From an uncultured Candidatus Saccharibacteria bacterium (GTDB lineage: Bacteria; Patescibacteriota; Minisyncoccia; Phycocordibacterales; UBA2100), in NCBI GenBank assembly GCA_964654205.1, contig CAZZHR010000001.1, positions 1,953 through 65,952 on the forward strand: a stretch of DNA of 64,000 nt. Direction: 5' to 3'. Made by a program: the position numbers and the translations under genes. Below the pieces are notes generated by a model. It was not told the DNA's origin. It did no database searches and saw only the letters and a program-made list of their open reading frames with translations. Below, piece by piece: positions 56,224 through 64,000 of the stretch (position 1 is the first letter of the stretch; each line of letters starts with the position of its first letter).

Positions 56224-57351
56224 TTAGTGCTCGTGGTTGTGGCCGTGCGAGATGGGTTCGGGGTTGCCTTCGAGGAAGCGCAGCACCATCTCGTTGCGCA
56301 TCATGTGCACGATGTGGGTACGAAGCGTCGCGGGATTAGCCTTGGGGTAATGCTCGCGTGCATGCATAAGCTCGTGCTCGACATCTTTATCACTCGGCTC
56401 GATTTTTTCCGCCTGCGCGATTTTGCCGAGGATGAGACGCACCTTTGCGCGCTTGTCGGCACCCTCTTTCCAGCTCTCGCGGATTTCTTCGCGAGTTTTT
56501 TTCGTCTGCGCGAGGTAGCTTTCAAATGTCTGACCGATGCGCGCGAGATCATCGGTCATGCGCGCTTCCATGTCGGCGAGTTCGTAGTCGAGGAGCGTTT
56601 TGGGGTAGTGAATCGTAGATTTCTCGACGAGTTCGTCGAGGATTGCCGTACGCTTCTTCTCCTGCGCGCGTGTTTTTTTCTCCTGGCCGAGGTTCTTACG
56701 CACGGCGTCGGAGAATGCAGCGGCATCGGGGTAGCCGAGCGACTGGACGAACGCGTCGTCGAGCTCCGGCAAATCTTTCACCTCGGCGGCGCGCGACTCT
56801 TCGGCAGCTTTCTGCGGCTCGGCGCCCTTCTCCACCTTATCTATACGGTGCCTTTCACGGCGCAGGTGCGTGAGCGCGTCCTCGTGCTCCTTGTCTGTGA
56901 CCTCGGTGTCTTCGAGGATTGAGCGATGCGTTTCAGAAATCTTCTTGTAGTCGGCCAGCTGTATCTCGGGAGCGAGCGCAGCACGAGCGGTAAATGTGAG
57001 CGGCTTACCGCTCTCTGGCTCACTTGTTGTGACTCGTGGTGTGTCCACAATCGAGAAATCCTGCTTCGCGAGAAGTTCGGGGAGTTCATTCTGAATCGCT
57101 TCTTCCGCGGCGGCGCGCATGATGGCGGCCTCCCCGTACACCCGGACGATTGCGTCTACCGGTGCTTTGCCTTTGCGAAAGCCGTCGAGTGACGCGTCGC
57201 GCTGGATGTTTTTGAGCGCGCTTGCGCGGTAGTTCTGCACTGTCTCCGCCGAGAGCTCCGCACTGAGCTCGACTTCCCACGCCGACTCATCGCGCGAGAC
57301 CCTTATGTTCGTAGCGTTTGACCCCAGACCTTTCTCATCAGTTTTAGACAT
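56224..57351 (-). CDS. tig: trigger factor, short form (375 aa)
   Basis: N-terminal ribosome-binding signature GFRKGKAP and a C-terminal helical arm domain. About 60 aa shorter than canonical, suggesting a reduced or absent PPIase domain. Confidence 0.85.
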   Translation of the reverse strand: MSKTDEKGLGSNATNIRVSRDESAWEVELSAELSAETVQNYRASALKNIQRDASLDGFRKGKAPVDAIVRVYGEAAIMRAAAEEAIQNELPELLAKQDFSIVDTPRVTTSEPESGKPLTFTARAALAPEIQLADYKKISETHRSILEDTEVTDKEHEDALTHLRRERHRIDKVEKGAEPQKAAEESRAAEVKDLPELDDAFVQSLGYPDAAAFSDAVRKNLGQEKKTRAQEKKRTAILDELVEKSTIHYPKTLLDYELADMEARMTDDLARIGQTFESYLAQTKKTREEIRESWKEGADKRAKVRLILGKIAQAEKIEPSDKDVEHELMHAREHYPKANPATLRTHIVHMMRNEMVLRFLEGNPEPISHGHNHEH

Positions 57352-57439
57352 TGGGAATTCTTACCACACACTTGTGACAAATCATAATTCGCTGCGCAGT
57401 CAGCCGGCGGTAAGGCCAAGACCGCGACAAGTATGTACG

Positions 57440-57658
57440 CTACGAAGCGGATGACTCCGCAGGAATCAGTGGAAGCGGTTGCACCTCTGTCTCGTTGAGC
57501 TCGGCTCCCCAGAAGTAGAGTGCGCCCACGATCAAGAGTACGACGATGATAGAAACACCGACGATGGGACCGGATCCGGAACGGCGTATTTGCGCCGTGT
57601 GCTCCGGAATCATGCGGGATGCATCGGCTACGGGAGTGTTCTGAGGAGTTGGTGGCAT
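57440..57658 (-). CDS. small single-TM protein (72 aa), paralog A
   Basis: MPPTPQNT... then TM IVGVSIIVVLLIVGALYFWGAEL. Paralogous to the 57784-58095 gene (shared G(A/G)LY(F/L)W motif after the TM). Confidence 0.35.
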   Translation of the reverse strand: MPPTPQNTPVADASRMIPEHTAQIRRSGSGPIVGVSIIVVLLIVGALYFWGAELNETEVQPLPLIPAESSAS

Positions 57659-57783
57659 GACTGTAGTGTACCGTGCGCGTGCCACTGCACCTACTGATCT
57701 GTGTACTGTGGACAAGTGCGTAGAGAAACGCCCGGTCCGCAAGCTTGCGGACCGGGCGCCTCGTGAATCCAAAAGAGAGGAAG

Positions 57784-58095
57784 TTAGAGGCTCGAAGCCG
57801 AAGCTTCCGCGTCGGCGTTCATGTTGCTCTCGAATTCCGCCATGTTGGTCGCTTCAAGTTCGGCAAGAATCGACGCCGCGTCATCATTGCCGCCCGTCTG
57901 CGGCATCCACGATTCGCTATCGACATCGGAATACGCGCTTTCCATCGTATCGCGCGATGTGCTCGTTCCTTGCCACAAGTACAGACCACCGAACATGAGC
58001 AGGATGACCGCAGCGGCACCGATGAGGAGCGGCCCCGTGAGACTCGAACCTGGTCCCTGCGAGACCTGATTGTTGCCTGGCATAGTTGGTTCCAT
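57784..58095 (-). CDS. small single-TM protein (~103 aa), paralog B
   Basis: TM LLIGAAAVILLMFGGLYLWQG then an acidic C-terminal tail; tandem to paralog A. Confidence 0.35.
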   Translation of the reverse strand: MEPTMPGNNQVSQGPGSSLTGPLLIGAAAVILLMFGGLYLWQGTSTSRDTMESAYSDVDSESWMPQTGGNDDAASILAELEATNMAEFESNMNADAEASASSL

Positions 58096-58105
58096 GGTAT
58101 CGAGG

Positions 58106-58855
58106 TTAGTTGCTAGTTTCTGCATCAGCATCGACTGTCACGGTGGCCGACAGCTGTGCGAGCGAGCGAGCCGTCGAGAGGAGTGATGCGTGTGCAGCCT
58201 TGATGCTCGCAGTCACCTTCGCCACCGCAGCGCGCAGCTGGGCTCTCACTGCTTCCGTGTCGCTCGATTCTCGCACCGATGCGACGAGGTCTTTGAGCGC
58301 CTCCAGATCGGCTTCTGCCGCAGCGACGAGTGAGAGCGATGCATCGAGCGACGCCTCGACCGACGCTGTGTTGGCACCGACCGCCTGTAGTTTATCAATA
58401 CGCATCTCCATTCGTTCTGCGAGATTCGCGAACATGTTGATGGCGTTCTCGGCTCGTCGGATGATAGCGCCAACGTGCGTGCGCACGAGCATCTCGATAC
58501 GCTCTTTAACATTGCCGCGTATCTCAACCGCTCGGTCGCGCCTCTCTTCGGCGCTCTCGCGGGCTTCGCGGATAATATTGCGTCGCTCATCTGCCGTCGT
58601 CGCATGTTGCATCTCAGCGCGCACTTCGAGTCGCTGCTCCACCATGCCGTCGCGCAGCTGCATGAGGCGCATCTCTGCCTCCTCGCGCAGTTCGATGAGT
58701 GGTCTCGCAGGAAGCGGACGACTCGTGGTCGCACGCACCTGCACATTCACATCGGCACTTCCTGAGACCGTCTGTGCGGAAGCTGAGCTGAAGACGCCGA
58801 AGCCGAGAAGGCCTGCAAGTCCGGCGGCCAGATACTTATTAAGAGTGCCATTCAT
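58106..58855 (-). CDS. secreted coiled-coil hypothetical protein
   Basis: Signal peptide MNGTLNKYLAAGLAGLLGFGVFSSASAQT followed by long A/E/R-rich helical repeats. Confidence 0.5.
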   Translation of the reverse strand: MNGTLNKYLAAGLAGLLGFGVFSSASAQTVSGSADVNVQVRATTSRPLPARPLIELREEAEMRLMQLRDGMVEQRLEVRAEMQHATTADERRNIIREARESAEERRDRAVEIRGNVKERIEMLVRTHVGAIIRRAENAINMFANLAERMEMRIDKLQAVGANTASVEASLDASLSLVAAAEADLEALKDLVASVRESSDTEAVRAQLRAAVAKVTASIKAAHASLLSTARSLAQLSATVTVDADAETSN

Positions 58856-58932
58856 ATGAATAGTATTCGCTATGGGTAATACCTGCGGCCTATTGTACCG
58901 CTTACCTTCATGACGAATGAATCGTCGGGGGA

Positions 58933-59463
58933 TTACCGAGCGAACTTGTTCTTGTAGAGATCGAGCGATTTGTTGAATGCGTCCGCCGCCTCCTTTTTGC
59001 CATAGATGCCGCGTATTTCTACCGGTGCGGGCTTACCCTTGAGCTGCTTGTAGGTCTCGAGGAAGTGTTGATACTCCTTCAGGTTGTGTTTGTTGACATC
59101 GGATATGTCCTGGACATCGTCCCAGCGCTTGTCCTCGGTCGGCACAGCGATGACTTTATAGTCGGAATCGCCGTCGTCCACCATGTCAATCACGGCGACA
59201 GGCCGCGCCGTGACGAGAATGCCAGGCGTGAGAGGAAACGTGGTGAGAACAATGACATCGAGCGGGTCGCCGTCTTCCCAGAGAGTCTGCGGGACGAAGC
59301 CGTAGTCGTAAGGGAACGCTGCGGAAGAGTAGTTGGCTCTGTCGAGTTTGATGAGCCCTGTTTCCTTATCGATTTCGTACTTATTGCATGAGCCGCGAGG
59401 TATCTCGATGATAACGTTCATTTCATCCGCGGAGCCCGCGGGTATGTCGTGCCAGAGGTTCAT
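58933..59463 (-). CDS. ppa: inorganic pyrophosphatase (family I)
   Basis: From the internal ATG: MNLWHDIPAG...EIPRGSCNKYEID...DGDPLDVIV...DDGDSDYKVIAV, the canonical family I PPase motifs. Confidence 0.85.
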   Translation of the reverse strand: MNLWHDIPAGSADEMNVIIEIPRGSCNKYEIDKETGLIKLDRANYSSAAFPYDYGFVPQTLWEDGDPLDVIVLTTFPLTPGILVTARPVAVIDMVDDGDSDYKVIAVPTEDKRWDDVQDISDVNKHNLKEYQHFLETYKQLKGKPAPVEIRGIYGKKEAADAFNKSLDLYKNKFAR

Positions 59464-59898
59464 ATAGTAGGACAGTTTACAGTGAAGAGTTGGCAGTAGC
59501 AATCGGGAAGCGTTAACTGCTGCGCAGTGGGCATTTGCCTCGGGAGAGCCAGCTATGAAAAAATCAGAGTTCCTGCATCAGATCGTGCTCGCGGGCGACA
59601 AGCTACTTCAGCAGTGCGGACCAAAGCCGCGCAATCTTGATTTGAATGACGACCAAGTCCTGGCGGCCGCCGTCGACGTTGACTCGCGTGCGGCCGTTGC
59701 AGAGGGCGCGCCCATGCTCGTTCTGGCACTCTATGCGGCCGCCTTTGAGCGTGACAATCCGCTTCGCGTCTTCGCAACCGCAGAAGCTGCATGGGAAGAA
59801 TCCCTGGCAGCACGACCTGGCGGAGGGTGAGTTGGTCTGGAGAAGAAAAACAGCGGGGGCTGCGCACGCAGCCCCCGCTGAAAGTTTTCTGGGGACGC

Positions 59899-61257
59899 TT
59901 ATGCAGCGTCTTTTTCTTTGCTTTCGTCTGTTTCTCCCTGCTCCTCCTCTACTTTCTCGTCGGCGACGTCGCGGTCCTGTGCGACAGGCTCGAGGTTCTC
60001 TTCTCCGTCGGCCTTATCCTCTGCAGCGATATCGGTTTTCGTCTCCTCGAAGGCATCTTCTTTGGCGCTTACGTTCTCGACGTCGGTCGGTTGAGCCTCC
60101 TGAGGTGCAGCGCCGTCTTCAGAGACGACCTCGCCGCCCATCGAGCGGATATCTATCTTCCAGCCGGTGAGGCGTGCTGCGAGGCGCACGTTTTGCCCGC
60201 CGCGGCCGATAGCGAGCGACTGCTGGTCTTCAGCTACTTGCACGACAGCACGGTTTTCATTCTCGAAAAGTTCGATGCCGAGCACTTGTGCGGGCTTCAG
60301 GGCTTCTTTCACGTAATCACCCGCATTTTCGCTCCACTCGACGACATCGATTTTCTCGCCGCCGAGTTCCGAGGTTACGACAGCGACGCGTACGCCGCGC
60401 TGACCTACGAGCGCACCCACCGGGTCGACGTGGTCGTCATTGGAAAAGACGGCAATCTTGGCGCGGCTGCCCGGCTCGCGGACGATACCCTTGACCTCGA
60501 CAATGCCTTGCGCCATCTCAGGGACTTCCGCCTCGAAGAGTTTTGTGAGGAATTTGGGGTGCGAACGAGAAAGACGGATGAACGTGCCGCGGACGCCTTC
60601 ATCGACGCGGAGGAGGAGTGCGCGCACGCGCTCGCCCTGGCGGTATCTCTCGCCCGGTATTTGTTCGTCGTAGGGAAGGATTGCGGTCGCACGACCGAGG
60701 TCGATGAAGAGGTTCCCGCGCTCGAAGCGCTGTACATGTCCGGTGACTATCTCGCCCTCGCGCTCGCCGTATTCTTGGATGATGCTCGCGCGCTCCGCCT
60801 CGCGGACCTTTTGCATGATGACTTGCTTCGCAGCCTGCGCGGCGATGCGGCCGAAGTCTTCCTGCGATTCAAGCGGGAACGAAATCTCTTCGTCGAGCTG
60901 CGCGTCGCGCTTAATGCGTCGCGCGTCTTCTATCATGATGTGCTGCTCGGGGTTGAAACGCGAGCGGTGGTCCTCCTTCGCCGAGGCTTCGGAGGACGCG
61001 TCGTTTTCGTTCTCCACCTCCTCAGGAGTTTTTACCAAAGTATTGTCGACGACAATTTTCGCCTGGCGGAATTCGAGGTCGCCCGTTTCTGGGTTGAAGG
61101 TCGAGCGGATGATTTGTCCGCGCTTGCCGTACTCGCGTCGATATGCCGCTGCGAGCGCGGTAGCTATCGCGTCGATGACGCTGTCGCGCGAGATGCCGCG
61201 CTCTGCCTGGAGTTCATCGAGGGCTGAGTTGAGCGATTTGAGGTCGAAGAGTGCCAT
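59899..61257 (-). CDS. nusA: transcription termination/antitermination factor NusA with acidic C-terminal extension
   Basis: N-terminal domain, S1, and KH1/KH2 (GxxG) region; ~90 aa E/D-rich tail. Confidence 0.9.
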   Translation of the reverse strand: MALFDLKSLNSALDELQAERGISRDSVIDAIATALAAAYRREYGKRGQIIRSTFNPETGDLEFRQAKIVVDNTLVKTPEEVENENDASSEASAKEDHRSRFNPEQHIMIEDARRIKRDAQLDEEISFPLESQEDFGRIAAQAAKQVIMQKVREAERASIIQEYGEREGEIVTGHVQRFERGNLFIDLGRATAILPYDEQIPGERYRQGERVRALLLRVDEGVRGTFIRLSRSHPKFLTKLFEAEVPEMAQGIVEVKGIVREPGSRAKIAVFSNDDHVDPVGALVGQRGVRVAVVTSELGGEKIDVVEWSENAGDYVKEALKPAQVLGIELFENENRAVVQVAEDQQSLAIGRGGQNVRLAARLTGWKIDIRSMGGEVVSEDGAAPQEAQPTDVENVSAKEDAFEETKTDIAAEDKADGEENLEPVAQDRDVADEKVEEEQGETDESKEKDAA

Positions 61258-61413
61258 ATGGATTATGTTGTAGGTCCTTTCTAAAAAAACGTCCGCCCCA
61301 AGGGCGGTACTAATAGGTTCAGTATAGTCCTTTCTTCACGAAAGTCAAGCAGGCCGCTCGGAGCGGCCTGCCTCGGATTCCTTAGAGGTGTCACCTCTAG
61401 GTAGCATCTCGAC

Positions 61414-61695
61414 TCAGGAACTCATGAATCGCGCTGGCCGCCACGATTTGCCCATCTTACGTCGCGATAGGGCGTTGCTCGCCCGGAGAAAGGCGATGCT
61501 CGCGCAGAGCGCCTCAAACTGCGGAGTCCAGTACGAGGATTGGAAATGCTTCCCGAGCAGCTCCTTCGCTTCGGCGACGGTGACGACATAAAATTCATCC
61601 GCAGCCGCCTCGAGGAATTGGCGATCGGCGTCGGCGCCGAGAACACCGTCAAGATGGTCATCGATAAGTCCCCGAATCACTCCGTGCAAGGCCAT
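61414..61695 (-). CDS. hypothetical protein upstream of nusA (RimP position, not recognisably RimP)
   Basis: Internal ATG start MALHGVIRGLIDDHLDG...; no family match. Confidence 0.3.
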   Translation of the reverse strand: MALHGVIRGLIDDHLDGVLGADADRQFLEAAADEFYVVTVAEAKELLGKHFQSSYWTPQFEALCASIAFLRASNALSRRKMGKSWRPARFMSS

Positions 61696-61842
61696 GGTGG
61701 CCTCCTCTGTTCGGATTGCGGATGGGTTTGTCCCGCGGCAGTCATAGCATGGACGCAATTGTTCGTCTACGAATGCTATATAATGAGTCCATCCGGTATG
61801 AGTTCCTCTGTAAACTGTCACCTGTAAACTGTCAGCTGTTTT

Positions 61843-63573
61843 ATGTACATCTCCGACACGCACCTCAAATCATTTCTCGCCGACGCGGGGCTTGTCTCGC
61901 AAAAAGATTTCGATGCCGCCGAGACTGAGGCCAAAGCGAGCGGGCAGCCCGTGGGCGATATCCTTATCGCAAAGAGTGCGATAGGCGAAGACGAACTCCG
62001 CCGTACCTACGCGTACATTCTCGGCATACCCTTTGTCTCGCTCATGGGGACCAACATCAAGTACGAGACGCTTAGCCTCATCCCCGAGCCGGTCGCACGT
62101 CGCAACAACATCATCGCGTACAACCACCGCGGCGACGAGCTGGAAGTCGCGATGCTCGATACCGATGACCTCGCGGCGATTGATTTCATAAAAAAGAAGA
62201 CGCACCTGAAGATTCTCCCGCGCCTCACCGACGCGGCATCAGTCAAGCACGCGCTCAAGCTCTACCAGCAATCGCTCAAGAATGATCTCGGCGAGGTAAT
62301 AAAGCAGGAGACGGAGGCGCTCGCGCAGCACTCGGGGGAAACAGATGAGAAGGAAATGGCCGAGGGTGTACCGGCGGTACGCATCATCGACACGCTCTTG
62401 CGCCATGCCAACGCGCAGGGAGCTTCCGACATCCACATCGAACCGCTCGAGGAGTCGCTGCTCATCAGGTATCGCATCGACGGGCTTCTTCACGACGCGA
62501 TGGAATTGCCGAAGCATGCAGCTGCGGCGATAACAGCACGCATCAAGGTGCTCTCCAACATGAAGCTCGACGAAAAGCGCCTGCCGCAAGATGGCCGATT
62601 CGGCATCGAGAACGGCGGCGAGCGCGTCTCCTTCCGCGTGTCCGTGCTGCCGACCTATTATGGAGAGAAGATCGTCATGCGACTCCTCCGCGACTCCATC
62701 TCGGGCTTCACGCTCGAGAGTATCGGCTTCCATGGTACCGCGCTCGAGCGCATGCACGACGCAATCAGAAAGACCACCGGCATGATTCTGACGACGGGTC
62801 CTACCGGCGCCGGTAAATCCACAACGCTCTATACGCTTCTCGACCTCGTGAACACACCGGATGTCAACATCTCGACCGTCGAAGACCCGATTGAGTACCA
62901 AATGGCACGCGTCAACCAGACGCAGGTGCGTCCGGAAATAGGATTTACGTTTGCCAACGGTCTGCGCACGCTCGTGCGCCAGGACCCGGATATCATCATG
63001 GTCGGCGAAATCCGCGACAAAGAAACCGCGTCACTCGCGGTCAACGCTTCGCTCACCGGCCACCTCGTGCTCTCTACACTCCACACGAATTCCGCTGCGG
63101 GCGCCATCGCGCGCCTCCTCGACATGGGCATCGAGCCTTTCCTCCTCGTTTCTACTCTCCGTGTCGTCATCGGCCAGCGCTTGGTGCGCCGACTCGCACC
63201 CGACAGGGAAGCGTACGAGCTCTCGCGTGACGAACAGACGCAGCTCGAGCGCATCGTCGATGCAGGTACGGTGCTGAAGGCGCTCAAGGATGAAAAGGCG
63301 GTCAAGGCGGACGCCACCTGGAACAAAATTCCGTTCTATAAGCCGAAAGAAAATGGACAGACCCCGAGCGGCTACTCCGGGCGCGTCGGTATCTACGAAG
63401 TAATGCCCGTCACGAGCACGATAAAGGAGCTCATTATGAAAAATGCCACGGGCGACGAGATAGAAGCGCAGGCGAAGAAAGAAGGCATGCTCTCGATGAG
63501 CGAAGACGGCATCTTCCGGGCTGCTCAAGGCATGACCACTATTGAGGAGGTTTTGAGGGTCGTGGCAGAGTAA
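61843..63573 (+). CDS. pilB: type IV pilus assembly ATPase PilB (GspE family)
   Basis: N-terminal T2SSE_N-like domain, Walker A TGPTGAGKSTTLY, Asp box, Walker B IIMVGEIRD, His box HLVLSTLHTNSA; 576 aa. Confidence 0.9.
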   Translation: MYISDTHLKSFLADAGLVSQKDFDAAETEAKASGQPVGDILIAKSAIGEDELRRTYAYILGIPFVSLMGTNIKYETLSLIPEPVARRNNIIAYNHRGDELEVAMLDTDDLAAIDFIKKKTHLKILPRLTDAASVKHALKLYQQSLKNDLGEVIKQETEALAQHSGETDEKEMAEGVPAVRIIDTLLRHANAQGASDIHIEPLEESLLIRYRIDGLLHDAMELPKHAAAAITARIKVLSNMKLDEKRLPQDGRFGIENGGERVSFRVSVLPTYYGEKIVMRLLRDSISGFTLESIGFHGTALERMHDAIRKTTGMILTTGPTGAGKSTTLYTLLDLVNTPDVNISTVEDPIEYQMARVNQTQVRPEIGFTFANGLRTLVRQDPDIIMVGEIRDKETASLAVNASLTGHLVLSTLHTNSAAGAIARLLDMGIEPFLLVSTLRVVIGQRLVRRLAPDREAYELSRDEQTQLERIVDAGTVLKALKDEKAVKADATWNKIPFYKPKENGQTPSGYSGRVGIYEVMPVTSTIKELIMKNATGDEIEAQAKKEGMLSMSEDGIFRAAQGMTTIEEVLRVVAE

Positions 63574-63611
63574 CCACTGTTCTGTACTGTTCGTCGCACA
63601 AGGCTAAAACG

Positions 63612-63640
63612 CTGCAGTGCAGCGTTTTGAGGACGCAGGC
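63612..63640 (+). terminator. hairpin after pilB (possible attenuator/terminator)
   Basis: AAAACGCTGCA-gtg-CAGCGTTTT followed by GAGG; a second hairpin AAAAGCGCG-tcttct-CGCGCTTTT lies at 63750-63778. Confidence 0.35.
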
Positions 63641-63796
63641 GCGTCGGCGCCGAGTCGGGGTCGCGCGCATTTTCAGGAGAAATTATGTGTGACTGACGGC
63701 GATTGAAGGGACGCTCCGTGTCGTTGCCGAGTGATTTGTATACATCGAATACGAAAAGCGCGTCTTCTCGCGCTTTTGCAAGATATACTTGAGTTG

Positions 63797-64000
63797 ATGT
63801 CGCACTTTATTTACACGGCCGAGAAAACCGACGGCGAGGTCTACAAAGGCATGGCCGAGGCCGCTGACCGATTTGAGCTCTATCAGATCGTGCGCCGCGA
63901 GGGCGGGAAAATCATCTCGGTGACTGAGGAGCGCTCGAATAGTTGGCTAAGCATCCACTACTGGAACTCCAAATTTACGACGATAAAGGAGTACGACAAG
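63797..64000 (+). CDS. pilC: type IV pilus assembly platform protein PilC (GspF family), N-terminal fragment
   Basis: MSHFIYTAEKTDGEVYKGMAEAADRFELYQIVRREGGKIISV matches the PilC/GspF N-terminal pattern. Runs off the window. Confidence 0.6.
   Translation, partial: MSHFIYTAEKTDGEVYKGMAEAADRFELYQIVRREGGKIISVTEERSNSWLSIHYWNSKFTTIKEYDK

Noticed and set aside
1-64000. CRISPR arrays, rRNA genes, IS elements or transposases
   Set aside because: No regularly spaced short direct repeats, no rRNA-like conserved blocks, and no DDE or serine transposase-like ORFs were found anywhere in the window.

Overview
High-GC (~60%) chromosomal segment with a streamlined, CPR/Patescibacteria-like gene content. Several proteins are short forms (YebC 176 aa, YidC ~246 aa, PurA ~335 aa, trigger factor 375 aa), RNase Y is present, and many genes encode secreted or membrane-anchored hypothetical proteins. 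The window includes the replication-origin-proximal block: dnaN-dnaA on the minus strand, then rpmH-rnpA-yidC-jag on the plus strand. rpmH (46 aa) is absent from the ORF track because it is under 60 aa. The ORF track treats GTG/TTG as starts, so many listed N-termini are over-extended; I corrected starts where an internal ATG or a homology-supported start was clear. The main accessory feature is a ~12.5 kb minus-strand operon (9824-22369) encoding a Gram-positive-style type IV secretion-like apparatus: a VirB4-family ATPase, a PrgI/VirB3-like protein, a VirB6-like polytopic protein with a long coiled-coil tail, a candidate pilin and several secreted proteins. It has no relaxase or coupling protein. 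Other content: ksgA, uvrD/pcrA, a LysM-M23 peptidase, purA, comM, pnp with rpsO, xerC/D, xthA, cca, four tRNAs (Arg-TCG, Gly-GCC, Pro-TGG, Gly-TCC, all minus strand), hup, rny, clpP, tig, ppa, nusA, and pilB plus the start of pilC. The most unusual stretch is 51.4-54.6 kb. About 1.15 kb of GC-rich, hairpin-dense sequence has no credible ORF. Next to it is a cluster of tiny ORFs with strong Shine-Dalgarno sites, flanked by two ~40-bp near-identical direct repeats. Each repeat carries a Shine-Dalgarno-like GGAG followed 6-7 nt later by ATA (not ATG) at the head of a protein-like reading frame. A cluster of perfect DnaA boxes lies at 44.6 kb, far from dnaA. No CRISPR array, rRNA, transposase or integrase-bounded island was found.
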